A stretch of DNA of 46,522 nucleotides, taken from IMG/VR virus record IMGVR_UViG_3300020369_000005, positions 1 to 46,522 of that record. One strand, written 5' to 3'. This DNA comes from a virus. Taxonomy: Duplodnaviria > Caudoviricetes. Shown in pieces: positions 7,919-16,141 of this stretch. A program made the position numbers and the translations under genes. Below the pieces are notes generated by a model. That model made no database searches, was not told the DNA's origin, and was given only the letters and a program-made list of their open reading frames with translations. The stretch's first letter is position 1; each line of letters starts with the position of its first letter.

Positions 7919-8839
7919 ATGCAAAAAACACAAGTAACCCACGAAGAATGCGCCGCACTAAGCCAATTGCACTTGGTAGATAGCACCGAGAGCGAACCGC
8001 ACTCAAGCGACACACTCAGCCGCTTTGTAGAGCAATACAACGCCGAACAAATACAGGCCGAGCAACAAACGCAAATACACGCGCTCTATAAGCAAAACAC
8101 CCAAGACGAAATAGCCATACTAAAATCAAAATTAGAGGCCGAAAAACGCTTTAACGCTGAACTACAAGATCAAGCAAAGCAAGACGCCATCGACTTAAAC
8201 CGCGCGGCCAAAGCCGTAGAAAATGGCGTAAAAATAGCAAGCCAAACAACCGCCCTTAATAACACCATTGCCAGCTTACAAAGCCAGCTTAAAACCGCAC
8301 ACGAAAAAGTGCGCGAGCTTAATCAGCTAAACCCCAAAAAGCTAAAAGAACAAATTAAACGCGTAAAAGAGGCCAACGAAAAATCGCAAGCCCGCTGCAG
8401 TAAATTAGAGCTTGAGGCCAAAGAGTACCGCAAAGAAATTGCGCACTTAACCGAACAACGCAACATAGCCGTAAACAAAGTGGCCGAACTTAAACACAAG
8501 CTTGATCACAACACCGGCGCAGGGCTTTACCACAACGGCGAGCATCACCTAATTATTTGGCCGCAAAAAACCAAAATGCAGCGCGAGGACGGCACCCAAT
8601 TCGAAAGCAGATCACTGTTATACCTACACCAAAGCGGGCGCGGTGGCCTAATAGCACAAGACCCAAAAAACGGCGCGCAACTTTGCGCAGCACCCAAGGG
8701 CGGCTTACGCCCAAGCAAAGCAACCCTCGAATTTGCACAAAACTGGTTATGCCAGGTAAACGACATACAAAATGGCGAAATGACCGACGCCGACATGATC
8801 CCCGTTAATTTTAACGCCGACCTAAAACCGGCTAAATAA
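7919..8839 (+). CDS. Coiled-coil hypothetical protein
   Basis: Long heptad-rich region followed by a globular C-terminal domain. Confidence 0.7.
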   Translation: MQKTQVTHEECAALSQLHLVDSTESEPHSSDTLSRFVEQYNAEQIQAEQQTQIHALYKQNTQDEIAILKSKLEAEKRFNAELQDQAKQDAIDLNRAAKAVENGVKIASQTTALNNTIASLQSQLKTAHEKVRELNQLNPKKLKEQIKRVKEANEKSQARCSKLELEAKEYRKEIAHLTEQRNIAVNKVAELKHKLDHNTGAGLYHNGEHHLIIWPQKTKMQREDGTQFESRSLLYLHQSGRGGLIAQDPKNGAQLCAAPKGGLRPSKATLEFAQNWLCQVNDIQNGEMTDADMIPVNFNADLKPAK

Positions 8840-8851
8840 GGAGTAACAACT

Positions 8852-9130
8852 ATGCCAACTCAAACAACAAAGCAAGGCGAGTACCTTCTTATTTATTGGG
8901 ATGATAAAACGCACGAATATATCCGCGGCCATGTAAACATTGAGGATGCTCAAAAAACCTTAGATTTTGAGTGTGACGGTATTATCGCAACTGAAATAAA
9001 ACACACCTACGCTTTTTGGGGGGTGGGCGTTGATGAATGTGGCGAACCTTGCCAGCGCTTTTACTTAAGAGACACACCCGCCAGAGGGCGCTTTAAAGTC
9101 ACTGAAATTTCATTTAAGGCCAAACCATGA
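8852..9130 (+). CDS. Hypothetical protein
   Basis: AAGGAG RBS; operon context. Confidence 0.65.
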   Translation: MPTQTTKQGEYLLIYWDDKTHEYIRGHVNIEDAQKTLDFECDGIIATEIKHTYAFWGVGVDECGEPCQRFYLRDTPARGRFKVTEISFKAKP

Positions 9131-9339
9131 ACCCAACCATTGACGCAAAAATGAAAACCAAAGGGTATGAACGTGTAAGCGGCATGGCCATATTAAACGA
9201 TGTAGCCGTGACCGAAACCCACCGCGAAATACTCAGCGCTAACCTAATCACCCCCAAAGCCGTTGAGGTATTTAACAACGAAGTGGGCGACGGCTGGGTA
9301 TTGTATCGAAAAATAAATGAGGTATATCAATGCAAGTAA
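9127..9339 (+). CDS. Hypothetical protein
   Basis: ATGA overlap with the upstream ORF. Confidence 0.6.
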   Translation: MNPTIDAKMKTKGYERVSGMAILNDVAVTETHREILSANLITPKAVEVFNNEVGDGWVLYRKINEVYQCK

Positions 9340-9569
9340 GTGTAGATGGCATGCGCCGAAACATGACAGCCGACATTAACTGGCTACGCGAGGCAATAAC
9401 CAGTGTTATTGACGAATTAGACGACAACGACAAACAAGAAATAATTGACAGCTTTGATCAAGTGGCCTGTAATCAAAATAGTTTTAATTGCATGTATGAC
9501 GACGAAAACCCATTATTTAACGATATGGGAGAACAACTAGAAATACAGCTATTGGATGATAAAGAATAA
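9330..9569 (+). CDS. Small acidic hypothetical protein
   Basis: GAGG RBS; D/E-rich 79 aa. Confidence 0.65.
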   Translation: MQVSVDGMRRNMTADINWLREAITSVIDELDDNDKQEIIDSFDQVACNQNSFNCMYDDENPLFNDMGEQLEIQLLDDKE

Positions 9570-9597
9570 AAAAGCCCCGCCTAAGTGCGGGGCTGTT
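9568..9597. terminator. Terminator between convergent operons
   Basis: AAAAAGCCCCGC-CTAAGT-GCGGGGCT. Confidence 0.75.
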
Positions 9598-9704
9598 CGT
9601 TTCGCTCTATCCGCTCTTGCGTAGCCCAATGCAATTGGCTAAATTGGCGGTTTGCTTGCATGGCCCGCCAACAATTATACCGGCACCATTTTATAACATG
9701 TGAA

Positions 9705-9863
9705 TTATTCAATGCCGCACCTCTTTGCTTCAATATCCATTACACGTTGAAATTCAGCGTTTAAGTGAACTTGGCAATAACGAACCCCGCAAACATCACT
9801 TGTGGCTGGTTGCTCGCACACGCTACAAATATTAAATAACCGCTTACGTAAATTAGTAAACAT
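9705..9863 (-). CDS. Small Zn-finger-like protein (52 aa, not in track)
   Basis: MFTNLRKRLFNICSVCEQPATSDVCGVRYCQVHLNAEF... with CxxC...CxxH and a GAGGG RBS. Confidence 0.5.
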   Translation of the reverse strand: MFTNLRKRLFNICSVCEQPATSDVCGVRYCQVHLNAEFQRVMDIEAKRCGIE

Positions 9864-9869
9864 ACACCC

Positions 9870-10172
9870 TCACTTTAATAACTTATATAAATTACCGCAT
9901 TGTTGGCACTTGGCGCGCTTAGCGCCTGATCGTGTTTGCTTAAGTACGCCATTACAATTAGGGCATGGCACTTGTGCAACGCGCGTGATCATCGCCTCGT
10001 TTATAACCGCGCTGTTATTTTTACGCGGCGGCAGCATACCCAGCGCTTTAAGCGTTTGGCGGTATTCTGAATTAATCCACTTTCCGCCAGGTTCACGGTG
10101 TAGGCCGTCGCCCATCATATCGCCGAGCTTAACAAGCTGGTTATGCAAGTGGGCGTTTGTTTTATCATTCAT
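9870..10172 (-). CDS. Zn-ribbon hypothetical protein
   Basis: CPNC...CQQC at the C-terminus. Confidence 0.65.
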   Translation of the reverse strand: MNDKTNAHLHNQLVKLGDMMGDGLHREPGGKWINSEYRQTLKALGMLPPRKNNSAVINEAMITRVAQVPCPNCNGVLKQTRSGAKRAKCQQCGNLYKLLK

Positions 10173-10470
10173 TTTTTACAGCCTGACAGTGGCTATAAGT
10201 ACATTGAGAATAACCGCCCATGTTTTCCCAATCGTGATCACAGTCTTGTTTTTCGATTACTTGCCCAAACTCGGTTAAATCTTCAAATTCGTCAAAAATA
10301 AAGCTTTCGCGAACCGCCACCACTTTAAGCACAACTTGCATTTCTTGTTTACCGCACAATATGCGCCCTAAACTTACCTCATTGTCGGCGTAATCGTGTT
10401 CTAGTATTTCAGTTACTAGGCTATCTATATTATCAACCGCTGTGGCGGCTACCTCTTGCGAACCTGTCAT
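10165..10470 (-). CDS. Acidic hypothetical protein (likely start MTGSQ at 10470)
   Basis: GAGGG RBS before 10470; C-terminal CDHDW...C...C. Confidence 0.6.
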   Translation of the reverse strand: MTGSQEVAATAVDNIDSLVTEILEHDYADNEVSLGRILCGKQEMQVVLKVVAVRESFIFDEFEDLTEFGQVIEKQDCDHDWENMGGYSQCTYSHCQAVKNE

Positions 10471-10495
10471 AAATCCCTCGTTTGCACTGTGTAAA

Positions 10496-10665
10496 TTACC
10501 GTGTAACACACCATAGCAAAGGCAAAATAACATGTAAACACAAACTGTGTTAATTTGAATATAAATACAAATTTAATACTAAATAAATATTTAATTGATA
10601 TATTTTGAATATATTTAAAATATTTATTGATTTAAAAATAAAACTCCCTTACATTTACACGGTAA
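10496..10665. promoter_or_regulatory. Divergent control region: operator, two 11-bp boxes and an AT-rich parS-like tract
   Basis: AACACaaactGTGTT 10537-10551; TTACCGTGTAA 10496-10506 and its reverse complement 10655-10665; repetitive TATTTA tract 10552-10640 upstream of parA. Confidence 0.6.
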
Positions 10666-10683
10666 TCAAAAAGGAGCAGGCAC

Positions 10684-11316
10684 ATGATCATTGTATTAGC
10701 GCATAACAAAGGCGGGGTGGGCAAAACAACCACCGCGCTAAATTTAACCGAAATATTAAAGCCGGACATCGTAATAGACCAAGACGCGCACAGTAACTTA
10801 GTGACCTTAAATAGCTTTCGCGAGCCAAGCGCGCAATTTAATGTATTAAGTGGCTTAAGCAAACAGGCGCTTATTGAGCAATTAAAACACACCGAGCAAG
10901 GTAAATTAATACTGGTAGATTGTGGCGGGTTCGACTCAGAACTAAACCGCATAGCCGTGGCGTTAAGTGATTTGGTTATAGTGCCAGCCAACGACGACAT
11001 AACCGAAGTGATCGGCCTTAAAAGCTTTGATAAAACACTCAGCGAAATAAGCAAAGAAATGGGCACCCCCATAAATGGCCGCGTATTGTTTACCCGCGTT
11101 CACCCGCGCCGCAAAAAGTTTGACGACGTAGAAAGCTTTTTAAATAACGCTAAGCACTTATCACGTTTAACAACCACCATACCAACGCGTAAAGATTATT
11201 CAAAAGCGGCCCTTGATGGTTTAGGCGTTACCGCCCACCCAAAAACAAAATACAGCGACGCCGCGCGCGACATTAACGCACTGGCCGACGAAGTAAGCGC
11301 GCTATTAAATATTTAA
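10684..11316 (+). CDS. parA: ParA family partition ATPase (type Ib)
   Basis: Deviant Walker A KGGVGKTT, VIDQD, ILVDCGG; 210 aa with no N-terminal HTH. Confidence 0.92.
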   Translation: MIIVLAHNKGGVGKTTTALNLTEILKPDIVIDQDAHSNLVTLNSFREPSAQFNVLSGLSKQALIEQLKHTEQGKLILVDCGGFDSELNRIAVALSDLVIVPANDDITEVIGLKSFDKTLSEISKEMGTPINGRVLFTRVHPRRKKFDDVESFLNNAKHLSRLTTTIPTRKDYSKAALDGLGVTAHPKTKYSDAARDINALADEVSALLNI

Positions 11317-11356
11317 ACCATACTTTATTAATACACATTCAATACAAGGCAAGACC

Positions 11357-11587
11357 ATGAGCAGCAAATTCGACAAAATTAACAACGTAGGTAACGCGGC
11401 CACACTGAGTGAAAAAAACACCGAGCAACACGCCAAGCCAGCCACCAAGCCAAAACACATTAATAATTTGCCCGTAAAGGCAGAGGAACGTTTTAACAGC
11501 TTAAAAGCGGCGGGCAAAGTAAGTGGGAATTTATCGGCTTACATGGTGCAAGCACTACTTGAAAAGTTAGAAAAAGACGAGCGATAA
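11357..11587 (+). CDS. Small partition partner (ParG-like centromere-binding protein)
   Basis: 76 aa directly after parA; flexible N-terminus then an RHH-like segment (NLSAYMVQALLEKLE). Confidence 0.7.
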   Translation: MSSKFDKINNVGNAATLSEKNTEQHAKPATKPKHINNLPVKAEERFNSLKAAGKVSGNLSAYMVQALLEKLEKDER

Positions 11588-11661
11588 CCAAACATTAAAA
11601 CGTAAGCCGGTGAACTCTGACCCCCACCGGCTACATGCAACACTAAAGAGGAAACTTTAAA

Positions 11662-11802
11662 ATGTCACAAGCAAACTATACAGCAATACAAAAAATGCGT
11701 CTAATTGATTTACACACCCTACCAAGCAACCTGTTATTGCAATGGTTAGCCAGTAAGCCCGCATGGCTGCAAGCGGCGGTTATTGGTCGCCAAGCGCATT
11801 AA
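11662..11802 (+). CDS. Small hypothetical protein (46 aa) behind a hairpin leader
   Basis: MSQANYTAIQKMRLIDLHTLPSNLLLQWLASKPAWLQAAVIGRQAH with AGAGG RBS; stem GCCGGTG...CACCGGC upstream. Confidence 0.45.
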   Translation: MSQANYTAIQKMRLIDLHTLPSNLLLQWLASKPAWLQAAVIGRQAH

Positions 11803-11950
11803 CGCTTTTATTTAGTAATTGGGCGATTTGCACAGCCACCGCGTTAACGTGCTGATCGTCCTCACTGGCGCGGGCCAGTATCACACACAGCGAATGGGCG
11901 GCGCTTAAATCATCTACAACGCTCACTGTTTTATTTATTTTATTTTCCAT
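11780..11950 (-). CDS. Small hypothetical protein (56 aa) divergent from the second CI-like gene
   Basis: MENKINKTVSVVDDLSAAHSLCVILARASEDDQHVNAVAVQIAQLLNKSVNALGDQ with AAGG RBS. Confidence 0.5.
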   Translation of the reverse strand: MENKINKTVSVVDDLSAAHSLCVILARASEDDQHVNAVAVQIAQLLNKSVNALGDQ

Positions 11951-12106
11951 AATTTAACCTTAGATAACTGCATTAATTGCAATGAAAATTACACGGATAT
12001 GACACCCTTTGCAATAAAAACTTACATTTTGTCAGTTTTTATTCAGGCAGGGTATGTAATTATTTACAGGATCGGTTACTATAACGCCAACATAAGAGGC
12101 AGGCCC

Positions 12107-12532
12107 ATGTTTAAAAAAGCACTAACACCCGAGCAGCAAACCGTACACGATATAATAAATCGTGTGTGCTGGGCGCATGGTGTAAAAAATAAAGCAGCCC
12201 TTGAGCGCAAAATAGCGTTAAGTGACTCATGGTGTACCAACACAATTAAACGCGGCTCAACACCGTATGCACTAATAGACCAAACAGCGCAGGCAACCGG
12301 CATAAGTTACGATCACCTACTGTATGGCAGCCCAATGAGCCAACTAGACCCAAACGATTTGTTGTATATAAAGCAAGGTTTAATAAAAAGCTTAAGAGAG
12401 CTAAACGAGCAGGGGTTTATAAATAAAGCGAGCAGCTTAGAAGATTTAGAACAGCTTGCAAAAAAACAAGCCGCCGATATTGAGCACGAACTTACAATAC
12501 AGTGGAACAAAAACACAAAAGAGCGCGCCTAG
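12107..12532 (+). CDS. Second CI-like HTH regulator (186/P2-CI-type N-terminal domain)
   Basis: IINRVCWAHGVKNKAALERKIALSDSWCTNTIKRGSTPY...TGISYDHLLYG. GAGG RBS before the ATG at 12107; the track ORF starts at 11999. Confidence 0.7.
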   Translation: MFKKALTPEQQTVHDIINRVCWAHGVKNKAALERKIALSDSWCTNTIKRGSTPYALIDQTAQATGISYDHLLYGSPMSQLDPNDLLYIKQGLIKSLRELNEQGFINKASSLEDLEQLAKKQAADIEHELTIQWNKNTKERA

Positions 12533-12927
12533 CGCTCTTTGTTAAACTTTGCATAAATTACTTTATGCCCTAAATCATTATCATATTTATTCATTAACTG
12601 CCCTATTGATAATTCCTCAACGGGCGCTTGCACCTCAGCCGGTGTAATTTCTGCAAGCTCAAAATCATAACGGCGCATACTTGGAAACTTACCCAATATT
12701 AATGCCACCTCATTTTTAAGCTTTTCAGCCTCATTCATTAATTGCATTGCTTTATTAAAGTCGGGTTCGTGCTTAGCGTTAATGCTTAATTTAATCGCCA
12801 ATTCGGCCTTATCTCTAATTTGTTTTTTAAATACAGAACGGCGCGCAATAAGCCAGGTACTTAATACAAGTAACGCAAATAACACCAGCGCAGTAAAATA
12901 AACAATATTAATCATGTGCCACCCCAC
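12529..12927 (-). CDS. Single-pass membrane protein with helical soluble domain
   Basis: N-terminal TM (IVYFTALVLFALLVLSTWLIA) followed by RR..KK; overlaps the stop of the upstream gene. Confidence 0.7.
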   Translation of the reverse strand: MGWHMINIVYFTALVLFALLVLSTWLIARRSVFKKQIRDKAELAIKLSINAKHEPDFNKAMQLMNEAEKLKNEVALILGKFPSMRRYDFELAEITPAEVQAPVEELSIGQLMNKYDNDLGHKVIYAKFNKER

Positions 12928-13495
12928 TAAATTGCAAACTCATAAAACGCCCAAAACGGGTAAATAATAAACGCGGGAACACCATTAACACCCCAAGCGC
13001 CACACTAATATAAAGCACAATAAAACTATATGCGTAATGCATAACCGCAAATCCCTCTTGAATATCCAACACCACAAACTTAACCCACACCGCAAAGTGA
13101 GCCAACGCCAACACCAGCGTTAAACGCACAACGGTAAAAAATAACGGGCCATACTTATAACTAAACCGCGTGTGTAACTTATAAAGCACATACACACTTA
13201 ATAAATTAAACCCGCACAACGCCAAGTACACGTTTTGAGCTAAATCGCCGCGCTGGGTGTCGGCTAAAAACATAAGCACATGCTCCATTAATAATGTAGT
13301 TAACATGTATTTAGACCCAACCACCGCAATACATAAAAAATCACTTAATAGTTCAGTGTTTTTTAACGCGCGCACAATCGACAACCCAAACGCCAACACG
13401 TAACACACCGAAATAACCACCTGTAACGAAAATACGTTATGGGCCGCCGTAGCAACCAGTAAATCGTTATAAATATTCGTTAATGTATTTAGCAT
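12908..13495 (-). CDS. Polytopic membrane protein (~6 TM), unknown function
   Basis: 195 aa with five to six hydrophobic segments; AAGGAG RBS at 13501-13506. Confidence 0.8.
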   Translation of the reverse strand: MLNTLTNIYNDLLVATAAHNVFSLQVVISVCYVLAFGLSIVRALKNTELLSDFLCIAVVGSKYMLTTLLMEHVLMFLADTQRGDLAQNVYLALCGFNLLSVYVLYKLHTRFSYKYGPLFFTVVRLTLVLALAHFAVWVKFVVLDIQEGFAVMHYAYSFIVLYISVALGVLMVFPRLLFTRFGRFMSLQFSGVAHD

Positions 13496-13536
13496 GTACG
13501 CTCCTTGTTGGCTATTTATAATATAATTTTAGGCAT

Positions 13537-13565
13537 AAAAAAACCAGCAACTTGCTGGCTTTTTA
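13537..13565. terminator. Intrinsic terminator after the peptide gene
   Basis: A7-CCAGCAA-C-TTGCTGG-C-T5. Confidence 0.7.
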
Positions 13566-13582
13566 AACATTGTTAAGCGCCA

Positions 13583-13759
13583 TTACTTTGGCTTTTTAGG
13601 GTTTAAAATAATAATACCGCCCGAACCCTGTAGTTTTGGTTTAGGTTTTTTAGGGTTTAAAATAATAATACCGGCTGAGCCCTGTAATTGCTGTGTATTT
13701 ACATTGGCTGAGGTAACGTCTGCCGCAAGGCCGCTTAATAGTAATAATGTCGCTGTCAT
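13583..13759 (-). CDS. 58-aa precursor-like peptide with duplicated core LQGS[A/G]GIIILNPKKPK
   Basis: AAGGAG RBS before the ATG at 13759; 54-nt-period duplication with 6 of 7 nucleotide differences synonymous; own terminator. Confidence 0.8.
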   Translation of the reverse strand: MTATLLLLSGLAADVTSANVNTQQLQGSAGIIILNPKKPKPKLQGSGGIIILNPKKPK

Positions 13760-13835
13760 TTTTTTGCTCCTTAAAATAAATTCAAACAGCAACAGCAAAT
13801 ACCACGCCAAGTATTTAAAAGGCGTTAAAGCCACT

Positions 13836-13927
13836 CTTTAGGGTTTACCCTAAAGTTAATTAAATTACCCATAGTAATGCGCCTATAGTTAAACTTTAGC
13901 GATACAAAAATAACCCTAAAGTTTAAC
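13836..13927. promoter_or_regulatory. Putative res site for the serine resolvase
   Basis: Palindrome CTTTAGGGT-TT-ACCCTAAAG 13836-13855 and wider-spaced inverted pair GTTAAACTTTAGcG (13888-13901) / CCCTAAAGTTTAAC (13914-13927), immediately upstream of the recombinase. Confidence 0.7.
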
Positions 13928-13936
13928 GGGCCAAAC

Positions 13937-14647
13937 GTGGCAAAAAATTACGCCTACATACGCATAAGCGACGCGCGCAAACAGCACAGCAAAGGGCAAC
14001 GCCATTGCATAAGCCAATACGCCAGTAAACACGGGCTATTTATATACAAATGGTACGAGTACCAATTAAGCGGGGCCAGCACCAACAAAGCCCAGCGCGG
14101 GCTCATTGAGTTAATAGAGCGATTAGCGCCAGGCGATCGGGTGTTAGTAAACGACATAGAACGCTTAGGCCGCGACTCTATCAGCGACATAATGGAAGTG
14201 ACCACCCGCATAATAAACGCAGGGGCCGAAATACACTTTTGCTTAACGGGCGACACCCTCACCCCAAGCCACAAAAACGACGTAGGGCAATTTTTTATAC
14301 AAATTGGCCGCGCCTTTGCCGCACAAGACTTTAGTAAGCAACGCAGTTTAAAAGCCAAAGCGGCAGCCGTTCGCCGCAAAGCCAGCAACTTACCCGCAGG
14401 GCGGGCAAAAGGGGCCATAATAAAAAGCAGGCTTGATGAGCGCGAAAACCAAATATTATTTTGGTTAAGCCAAGACGTATTTAAAAGCGAAATAGCACGG
14501 CGGCTAAACTGCAGCCCCACCGCCTTAATAAAATGGCTTGATCGACGCGACGAACTAATATGCCAAGCCAGCACAAACGGCGTGTACGAAAACGGCTTAA
14601 GCATTGGGGAAATAAAACGGCGGTTAAAGGGGGTTAAAATAGAGTGA
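13937..14647 (+). CDS. Serine recombinase (resolvase/invertase family)
   Basis: YAYIRIS (catalytic Ser), SG, GD.VLV.DIERLGRD, GR, C-terminal HTH KSEIARRLNCS. Confidence 0.92.
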   Translation: MAKNYAYIRISDARKQHSKGQRHCISQYASKHGLFIYKWYEYQLSGASTNKAQRGLIELIERLAPGDRVLVNDIERLGRDSISDIMEVTTRIINAGAEIHFCLTGDTLTPSHKNDVGQFFIQIGRAFAAQDFSKQRSLKAKAAAVRRKASNLPAGRAKGAIIKSRLDERENQILFWLSQDVFKSEIARRLNCSPTALIKWLDRRDELICQASTNGVYENGLSIGEIKRRLKGVKIE

Positions 14648-14682
14648 ACTATTAGGCCGTGCCTAATGGTTGTTTTAAATTT

Positions 14683-14934
14683 TTACCCGAGGGCAAACCC
14701 TTGCCAATATAAGCAATAAGCAACCCATGCAATAAACCCCAGCATAAACGATAACAGTACATCTTTTGGTAAATGCTTAACTTTAATATTATTGCGCTTT
14801 TTTCGGTAACACTTACAGCGCCAAAAGCAAAGCGCAACTAAAATGCCCAATTCGTGATTGTATGCGTAAAAACACCAATCAAGCCATAATATAAAAAACG
14901 GTAAATTTTGCGAATCGATATAATCTATTAGCAT
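14683..14934 (-). CDS. Hypothetical membrane protein
   Basis: Hydrophobic segments; the reading frame is uncertain because of an overlapping alternative at 14652-14837. Confidence 0.35.
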   Translation of the reverse strand: MLIDYIDSQNLPFFILWLDWCFYAYNHELGILVALCFWRCKCYRKKRNNIKVKHLPKDVLLSFMLGFIAWVAYCLYWQGFALG

Positions 14935-15084
14935 TTACAACCTAAATAAGTTAAGCCCGCAAGACTTATAAAACGCCACTAACTCTTTACGTGTATTGCA
15001 TTTAAAGCGAGGTAAAAAACCTTGCTCGTATTTTTTACGCGAGCCAAACACCCAGTACTGGCCCTTAATTATTGTGTGATACAT
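14935..15084 (-). CDS. Small hypothetical protein (49 aa, not in track)
   Basis: MYHTIIKGQYWVFGSRKKYEQGFLPRFKCNTRKELVAFYKSCGLNLFRL fills the operon gap. Confidence 0.45.
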   Translation of the reverse strand: MYHTIIKGQYWVFGSRKKYEQGFLPRFKCNTRKELVAFYKSCGLNLFRL

Positions 15085-15112
15085 AGCTAACTCATTTGTA
15101 TTTCAAATTTGG

Positions 15113-15340
15113 TTACATGTGCTTATTTAAAAACGCGGCCATGTTATCTAAGCGCCAGGTGCGCAAATCATCGGCGCGGCCATGGCGTACGGTGTACGCA
15201 ATGGCTTGGCCTGCAATAATACCGATCACATGGTATTTATTAGTGCCTGCTTGTTGCTGGGCCATTACCTTGTTAAATAATTTTGCTTGCAGTAAGCGTA
15301 AAAACTCGCCCTCTTTTACGCGGTTAAATTTAATGCTCAT
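15113..15340 (-). CDS. Hypothetical protein, possibly truncated by a 1-nt deletion
   Basis: Ends RTWRLDNMAAFLNKHM*; the shifted frame continues VTKFEIQMS* up to the next gene. Confidence 0.55.
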   Translation of the reverse strand: MSIKFNRVKEGEFLRLLQAKLFNKVMAQQQAGTNKYHVIGIIAGQAIAYTVRHGRADDLRTWRLDNMAAFLNKHM

Positions 15341-15341
15341 G

Positions 15342-15761
15342 CTACATACTGCCGTTTTGTGGTGTTTGTTTTGGGGTAATGTCGCTAAGTACAGGCAGCA
15401 CCCCTAAATCAATAATGCTTTTTGCATGCGAATACTTTATTTTTTTATAGGTAAACCACACCTCGCCGTTTTCTACTTTTATGCGCGGGCCATACGCGGT
15501 ATTAACTAAGGTGCCGTGCGTTAATAATTTACGATGGTGCTGTAAAAGCGCTTGCGTGGTTAACGCCTGATCACACGCTAAGTCATATTTGCATAAGTAA
15601 CGTTCTTGCCATTCATGTTCGCCTATTTCAGCAACAACCAATACCAACGCATAGCCCACCCCTTTTTTTATCTCTAGCGGGGTGGCTACTGGTGCGTTTG
15701 GGTTAAACATATCTAATTGAATTTCAGACACAATTACCGCCATAGCAATTAAGCACATCAA
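15342..15761 (-). CDS. Hypothetical protein
   Basis: Operon context; the true start is probably near 15731. Confidence 0.6.
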   Translation of the reverse strand: MMCLIAMAVIVSEIQLDMFNPNAPVATPLEIKKGVGYALVLVVAEIGEHEWQERYLCKYDLACDQALTTQALLQHHRKLLTHGTLVNTAYGPRIKVENGEVWFTYKKIKYSHAKSIIDLGVLPVLSDITPKQTPQNGSM

Positions 15762-15942
15762 ATATTAAATATTCATTGGGCGGGGTGTAACGGCCAACGG
15801 TGACAAACTCGCCGTTATGCTTAATTTGATAGGCAACGTCGTGTTCATCACGGTGTATTGATCCGCAACTTGTTACGTTCGTTAACGCGCACACCGAGGC
15901 CAAAAAGCAATCAAACTGATCAGCGCTTACAACTAAAGCCAA
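15724..15942 (-). CDS. Hypothetical protein
   Basis: Operon context. Confidence 0.5.
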   Translation of the reverse strand: MALVVSADQFDCFLASVCALTNVTSCGSIHRDEHDVAYQIKHNGEFVTVGRYTPPNEYLIFDVLNCYGGNCV

Positions 15943-16141
15943 GTACCACCCCCGTTTTTATTAGCTCTACACTTTCGCAGCGCACCCACTGCCATTCGTC
16001 GGCGGGGGTTTGCTCACGTTCAGGAACAAGCGCAAATAACCCCTCTGTAAAATTAGAGGCAATCACATAGTGCTTTACCCCCTCATACATAACGTACATG
16101 TTCGCGTGGTGCTTGATGGTGTTAAAAATGGCTCTATTCAT
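15920..16141 (-). CDS. Hypothetical protein
   Basis: ATGA overlap with the methyltransferase stop. Confidence 0.6.
   Translation of the reverse strand: MNRAIFNTIKHHANMYVMYEGVKHYVIASNFTEGLFALVPEREQTPADEWQWVRCESVELIKTGVVLGFSCKR

Noticed and set aside
11600-11660. tRNA or other known RNA in the hairpin after the par operon
   Set aside because: It is only a single stem-loop ahead of a small ORF. No tRNA cloverleaf was recognised here or elsewhere in the window.
12054-12069. LexA box ATGT-AATTATTT-ACAG upstream of the second CI-like gene
   Set aside because: The mismatch falls in the essential CTG triplet and the context is AT-rich, so it is too weak to call.
12908-13495. Calling the membrane protein AgrB or a histidine kinase
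   Set aside because: Size and hydrophobicity fit, but I see no AgrB catalytic motif and no HisKA or ATPase domain.
13954-14604. Long antisense or alternative-frame ORFs (also 33884-34639, 35129-35692, 36422-36916, 10632-11072, 9802-10278, 27673-28152 and others)
   Set aside because: They are shadows of well-supported genes and have no recognisable motifs.
13937-14647. Serine recombinase as a tail-fibre invertase
   Set aside because: It is far from the fibre genes, no inverted fibre cassette or flanking inverted sites were seen, and a multi-subsite res-like region lies directly upstream.
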